This document shows positions 1 through 9,931 of a stretch of DNA of 64,000 nucleotides, in pieces; position 1 is the first letter of the stretch, and every line of letters begins with the position of its first letter. Under the pieces are notes generated by a model. The model saw only the letters and a list, made by a program, of their open reading frames with translations. It ran no database searches and was not told the origin of the DNA. The stretch is from the NCBI GenBank assembly GCA_029260795.1, contig JAJDCO010000149.1:131814-195813 (forward strand), in the 5' to 3' direction. Origin of the DNA: Planctomycetota bacterium (GTDB taxonomy: Bacteria; Planctomycetota; OFTM77). The translations under genes and the position numbers were made by a program.

Positions 1-63
1 CGACAGGACGACGGTGGCAACGGCCAAGGCCGTCCAGCGCTTCGCCGCGGGTGCCGCGGTCAT
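1..63 (-). CDS. 5' end of a gene running out of the window (N-terminus MTAAPAAKRWTALAVATVVLS, signal-peptide-like); start codon overlaps the stop of the upstream gene
   Basis: Reverse complement of nt 1-63 reads ATG ACC GCG GCA ... with a hydrophobic stretch. The ATG shares 1 nt with the TGA of the 63..1289 gene, same strand. Only 21 codons are visible. Confidence 0.3.
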   Translation of the reverse strand, partial: MTAAPAAKRWTALAVATVVLS

Positions 64-1289
64 CACTTCGGTCGCCAGCGCTTCCACAGATCCTTGAAGA
101 AGCGGCCCGACAGCATGCGCTCGGTGAACGACTCTTGCGAGGTCGTGAGCTGATCGCGGGCGGCGTCGAGGTACGGCGTGACGGTCTCGCGCAAGGTCGC
201 CATGTATCCGTTCTCGTGGATCTCTCCGAGCGTGTCGCGGTAGTGCCGCAGCACGCCCTCGTAGAGGAGATCGGCGCCCGTCGTCACGGAAGCGACCGCC
301 GTGCGCCCGATCTTGCCCAGCCCCTCGCCGGCGAGGGTGACGAGGTTGGAGACCTCGAACAACGAGCGGTCTTCCTCTTCGGCGACCTGCTGCATCTCGT
401 TCCAGGTGGCCTCGACCTCGGCCTGCGGGAAGAGCTTCTCGGCGGGTGCGATCCGGAGCTCGTCACGAATCTTGGTGAGGCTGCCTCGAAGATCGGCGAT
501 GGAGAGAGGCGGCTGATCGACGCTCTCGGCGAGGCGACCCGAGACACCCTCGAGGCGCTCGAGCAAGTCGTCGACGCCATCGACGACCGTCCCTTCCTCG
601 ATCACACCCTGCAGCACGAGCTCCTTTTGGAGCGCGCGCACGTACGTCTTCGTCCCATGCGCGATGTCGGACACCGCGGCCAGGATCCACAGCGGCGAGA
701 CGTGGAGGAAGATGAGGCCGGCGTTGTCGATCACGCCCCCGATGGCGGCGCGGGTGACGTCGAGCTGTGGGCCTTCCGTGCCCTCGAAGCGATTCGCGAC
801 GCCGGCGATGTCCTCGATCAGAAAGCGCAGCCCCTTCGTCACCGAGGAGTGGAAGAAGCGCGTCTTTCGGACAGAGCTCGGAAGCAGGATGCTGGCGGTC
901 TCGTGAATGGCGCCCGCGGCACTGCCGATCACACCACGGAGCGCGCGCTCGGGAAGCGACACCGCGAACAGCGCTCGCTCCAGCGGTGAAAGCTCGCCCG
1001 GAGCCGCTTCGCTCGCATCGAGCCACAGACCCGAGCAGGCCGCACACCAATCGACCAGCAGCCCTCGGCAATCGACCTCCTGCATCGGCTTCCCGCAATC
1101 GGGACAGTCGAGGGATCTCGCTCCTTGGATCGGCCGACCTTTCTCCAGCAGCGGACGGGCCTCTGCGGGCAGCTCGGAACCCGAAACGAATCGACCTCCG
1201 CAGGCCGGGCACACCCCTTGGTCGAGCGGCGGTGGCTCGGTGCAGCTAGGACAGCTCGGTGCGCGGGGCTCGCCGATATCGAAGCTCAT
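63..1289 (-). CDS. Zinc-ribbon domain protein (two Cys4 ribbons; the second resembles the zf-TFIIB/PF13453-type CPxCG...C..C..WLD motif) with a C-terminal domain of about 300 aa of unknown function
   Basis: 408-aa ORF with CPSC...CPAC and CPDCGKPMQEVDCRGLLVDWCAACSGLWLD motifs. The antisense ORF 51..989 was rejected. Confidence 0.55.
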   Translation of the reverse strand: MSFDIGEPRAPSCPSCTEPPPLDQGVCPACGGRFVSGSELPAEARPLLEKGRPIQGARSLDCPDCGKPMQEVDCRGLLVDWCAACSGLWLDASEAAPGELSPLERALFAVSLPERALRGVIGSAAGAIHETASILLPSSVRKTRFFHSSVTKGLRFLIEDIAGVANRFEGTEGPQLDVTRAAIGGVIDNAGLIFLHVSPLWILAAVSDIAHGTKTYVRALQKELVLQGVIEEGTVVDGVDDLLERLEGVSGRLAESVDQPPLSIADLRGSLTKIRDELRIAPAEKLFPQAEVEATWNEMQQVAEEEDRSLFEVSNLVTLAGEGLGKIGRTAVASVTTGADLLYEGVLRHYRDTLGEIHENGYMATLRETVTPYLDAARDQLTTSQESFTERMLSGRFFKDLWKRWRPK

Positions 1290-1489
1290 CGCGGGAGATC
1301 CTCGACGAGCGAGAATCCGATCGGTTGATGTTCCATGACGAAAATCTTAGCGATGGAGCGGATGGTGTCCAGCAGGGATCGACTACTCCACGGTCACGAA
1401 CGCGCTGCGATTCGATCGGCCGTTCGGGACTTGTCGACCCGGTCCGAGTGCTGTAGTACTCAAGTGTTTGGAAGAGGTCAGGAGCCCTC

Positions 1490-3454
1490 ATGTCACGTTT
1501 CGTGCGACGTATGGCTGCATCGGTGTATCTCCTACTGGTGGTCTTGTCTGGTGCGCCCTCCGCGCGTCCGAGCCAAGACTCGGTGGAATACGTGGGACCG
1601 GTGTTCTTGGAGGCGACGCACGACTGTCTCGACGTGGAGATTGAAGACTGCGCCGATGAGCTCAAGAGCTTTGCCAACTTCGAGGTGCGCTTGAGGGCTG
1701 CAGAGCGGATACAAGTGGGGGGGGCGATTCGAATCGGGCAGGCCGAGTGGCTGTCGAAAGACGAGGAGCCGTTTCGAAACGGGCTCCGGTATGGCTGGCC
1801 GAAGCTTCAGACGGACCTTCAACAACCCAATTCCATCTCAGCCGATCGAGCGGGGACCTTCTCATTCGAGCAAGGCGGCTTTACATTCAAGCTCGATCAG
1901 GAAGTTCCGGCCGGCGAGCTTACGGAGTTCCGGTTTCGAGAGTTTCTGGTGCCGCCCTTCCCGATTGACTACGGCTGGGGCGTGTGGATCAAGCCTTCGA
2001 AGGGGCCAATCGACTTTCGGATCGCCGGTCGCTTCGAATTGAAGGTCACAGGAACTCGCCTCGACTCCTTCGAATTGATCGCACCCTCTTTGGTGAAGCC
2101 CGGCCAGCCTTTCGAGGTGACGATCGCAGCCATCGAAGGCCGGCATGGGTACGAGAGCAGCCGCCTCCTGAACCGGGTCTTCGTGGGAGATGTCGAGCTC
2201 TCGGTCGGGAGTCACCGATACCCGGTGACCTTCGACGCGGAGGACCAGGGTCTTCGCACTGTGTCTGTGGTGCTCGAGAATCTTGGCGTTCAGCGACTTG
2301 TAGCTAGACGGGGAGAAACCGTCGGCGTGAGCAATCGAGTCGTGGCGCTGCCCGACGCTCGACTTGACGGAAGAAAGATCCTCTGGGGAGCTCTTCAGAA
2401 CCACTCCGCCATCGGTGGACACGCGGCGTCGACGACTGTCAAGGCCTTCACCTATGCGCGAGACGTAGCCCGTTGGGATTTCATCTCCATGACGGAGCAC
2501 GAGAACCTGCGAGGCCATTTCGACATCGAGCAGCAGCGAACGCTCGCAGACGCGTTCAATCAGCCCGGTCGCTTCGTGACCTTGCCGGCCTTTGAGGTTC
2601 AAGGTGAACCGGAAAGCCATCGGCATGTCGTGTTTCCGAATGGGGCAGAAATGGTGACCTCCTATAGCGGGTCGTACCAGTTTTCCGACGTCGGCACGGT
2701 CTATCGCGACCTGGCCGAACGCGAGTGCCTCATCATTCCACACCACACGGCCTGGCTCCGACCCAACGAGGGCTACCCAGTCGACCACTACTGGGCTGGA
2801 GTGGAGAAGGCTCCTGGAAACGCCTTTCTCCGCCTCTTCGAGGTGTACTCATGGCACGGGTTCTCAGACGTTTGTCCACCAGAGCTCTCGATCCAGGGGA
2901 GCCCGGAAAAGAACCGTCGGTGTGGCCATGGCTCGTACTACCAGGAGCTGCTCGCACGCGGCTGGCGCCTGGGCGCGATCGCCGGTACCGACGGTCACCT
3001 CGGATTGCCCGGCTCGTCGGTGGGAGTTCGGATCAGTGGCTCCGTTCGGTATGCTCTGAGAGGGCTGACTGGCGTCTTGGCCGCCTCGAACACACGCGAA
3101 GAGGTCTTTCGAGCGCTCGCCGAGCGACGTACCTGGGGCACGACCGGAGCTCGAATTGTGCTGATCTCGAGCCTGCACCAGAAGGATCATCCAGTGGCTT
3201 GGATGGGCTCCGAAGTGCAGCGTGCAGACACGACGCCCAAGCTCAAGATCCGAGCGCTCGGAACTGCCCCGATCGTGCGCGTCTTGCTCTACTCGGGCGA
3301 GGAGATCGTGCGCGAGTGGAACCCGGGCAAGGCGATCGTCACCCTCGAGCATGAGATTCCCGAGAACTCCAAACGCTCTTCCTACAATGTGAAGCTCTTC
3401 CAGGCAGACGGCGAGAGGGCGTGGTCGAGTCCGATTTGGATTGATCGCAAGTAG
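1490..3454 (+). CDS. Secreted protein with a degenerate PHP/CehA-McbA-like metallohydrolase core (DUF3604-like)
   Basis: N-terminal signal peptide (MSRFVRRMAASVYLLLVVLSGAPSA). WGALQNHSAIGGHA ... DFISMTEHENL resembles the PHP motifs GxxHxH...DxxAxTDH with the first His replaced. 654 aa. Confidence 0.45.
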   Translation: MSRFVRRMAASVYLLLVVLSGAPSARPSQDSVEYVGPVFLEATHDCLDVEIEDCADELKSFANFEVRLRAAERIQVGGAIRIGQAEWLSKDEEPFRNGLRYGWPKLQTDLQQPNSISADRAGTFSFEQGGFTFKLDQEVPAGELTEFRFREFLVPPFPIDYGWGVWIKPSKGPIDFRIAGRFELKVTGTRLDSFELIAPSLVKPGQPFEVTIAAIEGRHGYESSRLLNRVFVGDVELSVGSHRYPVTFDAEDQGLRTVSVVLENLGVQRLVARRGETVGVSNRVVALPDARLDGRKILWGALQNHSAIGGHAASTTVKAFTYARDVARWDFISMTEHENLRGHFDIEQQRTLADAFNQPGRFVTLPAFEVQGEPESHRHVVFPNGAEMVTSYSGSYQFSDVGTVYRDLAERECLIIPHHTAWLRPNEGYPVDHYWAGVEKAPGNAFLRLFEVYSWHGFSDVCPPELSIQGSPEKNRRCGHGSYYQELLARGWRLGAIAGTDGHLGLPGSSVGVRISGSVRYALRGLTGVLAASNTREEVFRALAERRTWGTTGARIVLISSLHQKDHPVAWMGSEVQRADTTPKLKIRALGTAPIVRVLLYSGEEIVREWNPGKAIVTLEHEIPENSKRSSYNVKLFQADGERAWSSPIWIDRK

Positions 3455-3476
3455 AAGCCCCGCCCGGCGCCTTACC

Positions 3477-4472
3477 TCACCGCCCGTCCTCCTCGGGGGC
3501 GATCTGCCCCGCCAGCCACTGGAGCGCGGAAGCCGTCACGATCTCGTGTCCGCCATCGAAGATCGACAGGCGCGCGGTCTCCGACTGGCGCCGAAAGAGA
3601 ACTCGGCGGCCGTTCTCGAGGCGTGGGGACCAGGAGTGTGACAAGGACAGCGGGACCTCGGCCGTATCGACGAGAACTCGAATGTCTCGCTGGCTGATGC
3701 GGTCGCGGGGTGCCGCCAGCAGATTGAAGGCATGCAGCGAGTGACTGATCGGAACGCTGCCACTGTGGCCGTCCCGAATACCGGCGTGAATGTCGATCGG
3801 GACCTGGCCCCGCGCTCGACGGAGCAAGGTCAACGGTGAGCGTCGGCGATACTCTCGAACGATCGCCTCTTCCTGGATCGGAGGTCCTCCGCAAGCGGCC
3901 TCGATGTCTCGCCAGTAGTGTTGCCCTGCGCGCTTCGTCTCGGCGTGCCAAGCCGCGAGGTCGGTGATCGGGACCCAGGCCGAGACGGCCGACCAGCGAT
4001 GGGGAAAGCGAGCGGCGAGCAAGAGGGCGAGGTGCCCACCGCCCGAGACGCCGACCAGGGCGATCTGGTCGCTGTCGATGTTCGTTCGCCGCTCCACCGC
4101 CCGGACGGCGTCGAGCACGTCTTGCAGGGCCGCGTCGGATCCGGCTGCCTCGGGACGCCGATTGGGACCCCGAAAGTTGGGTGAGGCAAACGCCCAACCG
4201 TGCTCGATGCACCACTCGGCGTAAGGCGCGCCGTAGGTCTCGTTGGTCTGGAGGTAGTTGGCCGACCAAGTGTGCAGCCCGATCAGAAGCGGGACTGGCC
4301 CCTCGACCTCCGGGGTGTAGATCAGCACCCGCTGATCGTGGCCATCGAGCGAGCTCGTGACTCGAATCTCCGTGACGTCCGCCGGCCAGCCAGAGACGCC
4401 TCGCCCTGGCAGATCGTGAAGCGGCCCGCCGACGAGTGTCAGGAGAATGGTGATTGGGAGGACAAGCAGCAT
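3477..4472 (-). CDS. Alpha/beta hydrolase (S9 prolyl-oligopeptidase/esterase-like)
   Basis: GVSGGGH nucleophile elbow (GxSxG), hydrophobic N-terminus, 331 aa. The overlapping Arg-rich 456-aa ORF in another frame was rejected. Confidence 0.6.
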   Translation of the reverse strand: MLLVLPITILLTLVGGPLHDLPGRGVSGWPADVTEIRVTSSLDGHDQRVLIYTPEVEGPVPLLIGLHTWSANYLQTNETYGAPYAEWCIEHGWAFASPNFRGPNRRPEAAGSDAALQDVLDAVRAVERRTNIDSDQIALVGVSGGGHLALLLAARFPHRWSAVSAWVPITDLAAWHAETKRAGQHYWRDIEAACGGPPIQEEAIVREYRRRSPLTLLRRARGQVPIDIHAGIRDGHSGSVPISHSLHAFNLLAAPRDRISQRDIRVLVDTAEVPLSLSHSWSPRLENGRRVLFRRQSETARLSIFDGGHEIVTASALQWLAGQIAPEEDGR

Positions 4473-4608
4473 GGATCAAATGTCTTCGAGGATCGGGATC
4501 GTGTCCAGACCCTGCTTGATTCCCGTTGGGGCTCGGCGCGCGATTGCCGCTGGCCGGCCCGCCCAGAAACCGAAGAACCGAGCCGCGCGCGCGGGTATAC
4601 TCGGCCCG

Positions 4609-6153
4609 ATGAATCTGCCCGCACTTCGATCTCGCCGTGACCTTCGACGTCCCGTCTCGTGGGTGTTGGGAGCCGTGCTCGGCCTCGGCTTGACCGCCTG
4701 TGGAGAAGCGCCGCCCTCGAGTCTGGAAGGAGTGCCGGATCCGCCCTTCGTGCCGCTTGCGGCGGGCGGCGAGGCTCTGGTGGCGAGCGCCGGGCCACGC
4801 TGGATCTTGTTCCTCCTGATCGATGCTCTTCGACGGGATCATGTGGGCGCCTTCGATCCGACCAGCGATCGGACCCCGAGCCTCGACCGTCTGGCCAAAG
4901 GGGCCTTCGTCTTCGAGAACGCGACCGCGACCTCGTCGTGGACGCGATCGTCGGTCGCCTCGATGTTCACATCCCGCTACCCGAGCGCGCTCGGCATCCT
5001 CGGTCGGACCGACACGCTCGCGCCCGGCTTGCCGACACTCGCTTCACAGCTCGCACTCTTGGGCGGCTATCACACGGCCGGCATCTCGACCAACGGGAAT
5101 GCGGGCGCGGCGATCGGCTTCTCACAGGGCTTTCAGGAGTTCTGGGTCCCCGACGCGCGCGTGAGCTACCCGAACGACTACGAGATGGTGCCCGGCGAAG
5201 CGGTCACCAACGAGGCACTCGCCTGGCTCGAGAATCGATCTCGGCATGAGCGCATCTTCCTCTTCTTGCATTACACCGATCCGCACGATCCCTACTTCGC
5301 GCATCCCGATTTGGTGGACGAGCCGAATGGCGAAGGCCGTTGGGATGGATCGCGCACCGACCTGGAAGAGATGGATCGCGTCGCGGCCGGTGATCTGACG
5401 GACGCCGACCGCGAGCGTATTCGGGAGCTCTACTCGAGTGAAGTGCGCTACGCCGACGAGTGCATCCGACGGCTGGTCGTCGGGCTGAGGACGCTCGGGG
5501 TGCCCGATGAGGATGTGTTGCTCGTCGTGACCGCCGACCATGGAGAAGGTCTGTGGGATCATGGTCAACGCGCGCACGGCACGGACCTGTACCAAGAGAT
5601 GATCCGAGTGCCTCTGCTCATCCGGTTGCCGGGTCAGACGAAAGAGGCCAGCCGCCGCATCGACGAGCCCGTCAGCTTGATCGACCTCGCCCCGACGTTG
5701 CTCGCCCTCGCCGGCATCGACAAGCCGCGCGAATTCCAGGGCCACGACCTCTCGCCGCTCTGGAAGGGCCGCGAGCGGCCCGAGGCGCTGCAATACATCT
5801 ACTCCGAGATGGATCAGGGCGGCGTCAATCTGGAGAGCATGCGGCTGGGGGATCACAAGCTGATCCGCAATCGGGATCCCCAGGACCGCTCGCGCCCGGC
5901 GCGCGAGCTGTACGACCTCGAGAAGGATCCGGGCGAGCGGGAGAACCTGGCCGGCCGCAAGCTGCCGATCGAGGAGCATCTGCAAGCCGCCCTGTTCAAG
6001 TGGCGCCGTGCGCTCTTGGCCGACGCGCCCGCGCGAACCGCGGAGCGCCTCGAAACCCTCGACGCCGCCACCCTCGAATCACTCCGCAGCCTGGGCTACA
6101 TCGGCGAGAGCGAGTACCGAGAAGCACTGCGCAAGCAACGCGAAGGGCGATGA
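4609..6153 (+). CDS. Sulfatase-like hydrolase/transferase (alkaline-phosphatase superfamily) lipoprotein; the canonical CxPxR formylglycine motif is not present (SSWTRSS instead)
   Basis: Start moved to the internal ATG at 4609 (MNLPALRS...LGLGLTAC lipobox). PSLDRLA...FENATA...TSRYP...VTADHGE motifs typical of PF00884. Confidence 0.65.
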   Translation: MNLPALRSRRDLRRPVSWVLGAVLGLGLTACGEAPPSSLEGVPDPPFVPLAAGGEALVASAGPRWILFLLIDALRRDHVGAFDPTSDRTPSLDRLAKGAFVFENATATSSWTRSSVASMFTSRYPSALGILGRTDTLAPGLPTLASQLALLGGYHTAGISTNGNAGAAIGFSQGFQEFWVPDARVSYPNDYEMVPGEAVTNEALAWLENRSRHERIFLFLHYTDPHDPYFAHPDLVDEPNGEGRWDGSRTDLEEMDRVAAGDLTDADRERIRELYSSEVRYADECIRRLVVGLRTLGVPDEDVLLVVTADHGEGLWDHGQRAHGTDLYQEMIRVPLLIRLPGQTKEASRRIDEPVSLIDLAPTLLALAGIDKPREFQGHDLSPLWKGRERPEALQYIYSEMDQGGVNLESMRLGDHKLIRNRDPQDRSRPARELYDLEKDPGERENLAGRKLPIEEHLQAALFKWRRALLADAPARTAERLETLDAATLESLRSLGYIGESEYREALRKQREGR

Positions 6154-6460
6154 GGCCCCCAAGGCCGACGCCTCGGGCTTTGATCTGCCGGTCCTGCCGG
6201 CCTCACGAAGGTCGTCCTGCGGGCCCCGCGATCGTCGTTCGAACGTCGATCGTCGTCGTCCCTGCATCGGCCGAGCCCCGAGGCACGAGGGGCGACAGAA
6301 ACGCTCTGTCGGCCCTCCGGGCCAGGCCCTCCGGGCCTCGCTGATCCACGTCGGGGGGCGTGATGAGGAAATGATGGCCCCGATCCCCCAGGCGTGAGCC
6401 TGGGGAACGGTGGCCCGGATGGTTCTTGCGGCGACCGGCCGGCTGCGATAGGACGCGGGC

Positions 6461-7888
6461 ATGGAACGACATGCCGAGCCGACCGAGTATCAGGAGCTGG
6501 AGGGCGGGCCGCTTCTGAAGGAGCGTCGCCCCGAGCCTTGTGTGCTGACGATCTTCGGGATTTCCGGGGACCTGTCCCGGGAGAAGCTGCTGCCTAGCCT
6601 GGCTCGGCTCACTCGAGGCGGGGCACTTCCGAAAGGCCTCGTGGTGGCCGGCGTGAGCCGCTCGGCGACCTCGTTCGAGGCCGACACGCCCTTCCCGGTC
6701 CATCCGATCGACGTCGATCTCCGCGAGGCCAGATCCTTCGACCGGCTGGCCACCGAGCTCCGGGGTCTCGAGGCGAGTGGCGAAACGCAGGGCAACCGAC
6801 TCATCTATCTGGCGCTTCCCCCGGACGTCGTTCCGGCGACCCTCGCCGAGCTCGGGCGGGCCGGCGTGATCCAAAAAGGTGCGCGACGCCCTTGGCACCG
6901 GGTCATCATCGAGAAACCCGTCGGCCACGACCTCGACTCGGCGCGCGATCTCAACCGGCTCGCGCTCGACGTGCTCGACGAGGAGCAGATCTATCGCATC
7001 GATCACTACCTCGGTAAGGAGACCGTGCAGAACCTGCTGGTCTTCCGCTTCGGGAACGCGATCTTCGAGCCGGTCTGGAACCACCGCTACATCGATCACG
7101 TGCAGATCACGGTTGCCGAGGAGCACGACATTGGCACCCGCGGCGGCTTCTACGATCAGACCGGAGTCGTCCGCGACATGATGCAGAACCACCTGCTCCA
7201 GATCCTGAGCCACGTCGCGATGGAGTCGCCGGTCTCGTTCGCGGCCGACGACATTCGCGACAAGAAGCATGAGCTGCTGCGCTCGCTGCGCCCTCACGAT
7301 GGCCGTGCCGTCTTCGGACAGTACGCCGGCTACCGCGAGACGAAAGGCGTGACGCCCGGTTCGAAGACACCCACCTACGTCGCGACCAAGGTCTTCATCG
7401 ACAACTGGCGCTGGAAGGGCGTGCCCTTCTACCTCCGAACGGGCAAAGGGCTCTCGGAGAAGGTCTCCGAGGTCTCGGTGCACTTCGACCCGATTCCGCA
7501 TTGCCTCTTCGGCACCGAGGAGGTTTGCCAGCGCGTCGAGCCCAACGTGCTCACCATCGGCATCCAGCCCGAGCAGAAGATCACCGTCCAGTTCATCGCC
7601 AAGGTGCCCGGAGACGACCTGTCGGTCGGCCGCGTCGCGATGAGCTTCGACTACGCCGATGGCGATCTGTCGGCGAGGATCCCCGAAGCCTACGAGCGGC
7701 TCCTGCTCGACAGCCTGCGCGGCGACGCGACGCTCTTCATGCGCCGCGACGCCGTCGAGACGTCCTGGAAGTACGTCGAGCCCTTGCTGGCGCCATCGAT
7801 GCCAGACACCTACGAGATCGGCTCGTCGGGACCCGTGGCGGCCCAAGAGCTCATGCGAAAAGACGGTCGACAGTGGAGGAGTCTGTGA
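6461..7888 (+). CDS. zwf: Glucose-6-phosphate 1-dehydrogenase
   Basis: Signature DHYLGKE, NAD(P)-binding N-terminus GISGDL, 475 aa. Confidence 0.92.
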   Translation: MERHAEPTEYQELEGGPLLKERRPEPCVLTIFGISGDLSREKLLPSLARLTRGGALPKGLVVAGVSRSATSFEADTPFPVHPIDVDLREARSFDRLATELRGLEASGETQGNRLIYLALPPDVVPATLAELGRAGVIQKGARRPWHRVIIEKPVGHDLDSARDLNRLALDVLDEEQIYRIDHYLGKETVQNLLVFRFGNAIFEPVWNHRYIDHVQITVAEEHDIGTRGGFYDQTGVVRDMMQNHLLQILSHVAMESPVSFAADDIRDKKHELLRSLRPHDGRAVFGQYAGYRETKGVTPGSKTPTYVATKVFIDNWRWKGVPFYLRTGKGLSEKVSEVSVHFDPIPHCLFGTEEVCQRVEPNVLTIGIQPEQKITVQFIAKVPGDDLSVGRVAMSFDYADGDLSARIPEAYERLLLDSLRGDATLFMRRDAVETSWKYVEPLLAPSMPDTYEIGSSGPVAAQELMRKDGRQWRSL

Positions 7889-9267
7889 TGTCGTCTCCGA
7901 TCGCCGTGCTCGGCTTGGGAACGATGGGCCGCAACCTGGCCCTCAACATCTCTGACCACGGCTTCCATGTCGCGCTCTGGAATCGAAGCTCGGAGAAGGC
8001 GGAAGAGCTGGCCACCGAGAGTGAGCGCTTCGTCGCCTGTGCGACGCTCGAGGACGTTGTCGCCGAGCTCGCGACACCGCGCTGCCTCCTGCTCATGGTG
8101 CCGGCTGGCGCCCCGGTCGACGAGCTGATCGACAAGCTGCGACCTCTTCTCGAGCCCGACGATCTCCTCATCGATGGCGGCAACTCTTACTTCGAAGAGA
8201 CGCAGCGGCGTGCCGACAGTCTCTCGGACGCGGGTATCCAATACCTGGGGCTCGGTGTCTCCGGAGGTGAAGACGGAGCGCGACACGGACCCTCGCTGAT
8301 GCCGGGCGGCACGCCTGCCGCCTACGAGCGCGTCCAACCGATCCTCGAGGCGATCGCAGCCCGCAGCGAGTCCGGCCCCTGCGTGACCTACCTCGGTCCG
8401 GATGGGGCGGGCCACTTCGTCAAGATGGTCCACAACGGTATCGAGTATGCCGACATGCAGCTGATCGCCGAGACCTCGGACGTGCTGCGCCGAGGGCTTG
8501 GGCTCACGGCCGCGCAGGCTGCCGACGTGTTCGCGGGTTGGAACGAGGGTCCGCTCGAGTCCTACCTGGTCGAGATCACCGCGAAGATTCTGCGAGTCAC
8601 CCAGGCTGGCAAGCCGCTTGTCGACCGCGTGCTCGATCAAGCCGGGCAGAAGGGCACGGGGCGCTGGACCGCACGAGTGGCATTGGAGCTGGGCGTGGCC
8701 GTTCCGACCATCGCAGCGGCTGTCGATGCGCGCGTTCTCTCGGCGGATCGGCACGAGCGGCTCGCCGCGGCCGAGATCCTGGCCGAGCCGGACGCCGAGA
8801 CGATCGAGCTGGAGACCGACGCGGTGGGCGAAGCGCTCCTCGCCGCGCGGATCATCGCCTACGCGCAAGGCATGCGATTGATCCAGCGTGCTTCCGAGGT
8901 TCACGATTGGAGCATCGACCTCGCCGAGGTGGCACGGATTTGGAAGGCCGGCTGCATTATTCGCGCTCGCCTGCTCGACGGTTTGCGGCGCGCCTGGACC
9001 GAGGTCCCGGCCCTCTCCAATCTCGTGCTCGACCATGACCTGCGCGAGCGCGTCCCGGGCACGCTGCGCGAGGTGGTCGGACCTGCTCTGCGCGCCGGAA
9101 TCCCGATGCCCGCCTTCAGCGCCAGCCTCGCCTGGTACGACACCGTCCGCACGGATCGGCTACCGACCTCGCTGATCCAGGCCCAGCGCGATGCCTTCGG
9201 CGCTCACGGCTATCAGCGGATCGACGACCCCGACGGTGAGTCGGTGCACACGGAGTGGCTGGCGTGA
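7888..9267 (+). CDS. gnd: 6-phosphogluconate dehydrogenase, decarboxylating
   Basis: MSSPIAVLGLGTMGRNLALN Rossmann N-terminus, 6PGDH C-terminal domain. The ATG shares 1 nt with the zwf TGA (TGATG). Confidence 0.9.
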   Translation: MSSPIAVLGLGTMGRNLALNISDHGFHVALWNRSSEKAEELATESERFVACATLEDVVAELATPRCLLLMVPAGAPVDELIDKLRPLLEPDDLLIDGGNSYFEETQRRADSLSDAGIQYLGLGVSGGEDGARHGPSLMPGGTPAAYERVQPILEAIAARSESGPCVTYLGPDGAGHFVKMVHNGIEYADMQLIAETSDVLRRGLGLTAAQAADVFAGWNEGPLESYLVEITAKILRVTQAGKPLVDRVLDQAGQKGTGRWTARVALELGVAVPTIAAAVDARVLSADRHERLAAAEILAEPDAETIELETDAVGEALLAARIIAYAQGMRLIQRASEVHDWSIDLAEVARIWKAGCIIRARLLDGLRRAWTEVPALSNLVLDHDLRERVPGTLREVVGPALRAGIPMPAFSASLAWYDTVRTDRLPTSLIQAQRDAFGAHGYQRIDDPDGESVHTEWLA

Positions 9268-9914
9268 GGATCCGCGTCTGTGACGACCTGGCCGCCGCGT
9301 TCGTCGAGGAGGTCACGAAGTCGCAGCCTCGCACCGTCGCCTTGGCCGGCGGCAGCACACCGCGGCGGGCGTACGAGCGGTTAGTCGAAGCCGACCTGCC
9401 GTGGGAGTCGATGCATTTCTTCTTCGGCGACGAGCGAGCGGTCGGCCCCGATCACGAGCGCAGCAACTACCGCATGGCCTCCGAGGCACTGCTGTCGCAC
9501 GTTCCCGCGCACGCTCATCGGATTCGTGGCGAGGAGCCCCCCGAGCAAGCCGCGGAGCTGTATGAGGCCGAGCTGCAGGACGTGCTTGGCGTTGACGGGC
9601 CTCTCGACCTCGCCGTCCTCGGCGTCGGTACCGACGGGCACACGGCTTCGCTCTTTCCAGGGTCCCCGGCGCTGGAGTCGGCGAAGTGGGTCGAGGCGGT
9701 CTGGTCCGAGAGCCAGGGCGAGCACCGCATCACGTTGACGCTCCGAATCCTCAACGCCGCGCGCCTCAAGATCGTGCTGGCGAGCGGTGCGGACAAGGCG
9801 GACGTGATCGCGGGTTGGGTGGGCGGCCGTGCGCCGGAGCTCCCGATAGCGCGCGTCGAAGGCGACGTGCTGCTGCTGCTCGATGAAGCGGCGGCGGCCG
9901 GGCTGGAGAAGTAA
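9255..9914 (+). CDS. pgl: 6-phosphogluconolactonase (DevB/NagB-type)
   Basis: LAGGSTP, HFFFGDER and GVGTDGHTASLFPG motifs. GTG start at 9255, or GTG at 9264 forming a GTGA overlap with the gnd stop. Confidence 0.8.
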   Translation: MAGVRIRVCDDLAAAFVEEVTKSQPRTVALAGGSTPRRAYERLVEADLPWESMHFFFGDERAVGPDHERSNYRMASEALLSHVPAHAHRIRGEEPPEQAAELYEAELQDVLGVDGPLDLAVLGVGTDGHTASLFPGSPALESAKWVEAVWSESQGEHRITLTLRILNAARLKIVLASGADKADVIAGWVGGRAPELPIARVEGDVLLLLDEAAAAGLEK

Positions 9915-9931
9915 TCAGCGAGCCCCGCGCA

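Noticed and set aside
51-989. 312-aa + strand ORF
   Set aside because: Antisense to the zinc-ribbon protein gene. Arg/Leu/Glu-rich with no motif; typical high-GC shadow ORF.
3472-4842. 456-aa minus-strand ORF
   Set aside because: Extremely Arg/Pro/Gly-rich low complexity. It overlaps the alpha/beta hydrolase in another frame and the sulfatase-like gene start.
6203-7846. 547-aa minus-strand ORF
   Set aside because: Antisense to zwf, which has unambiguous signatures.
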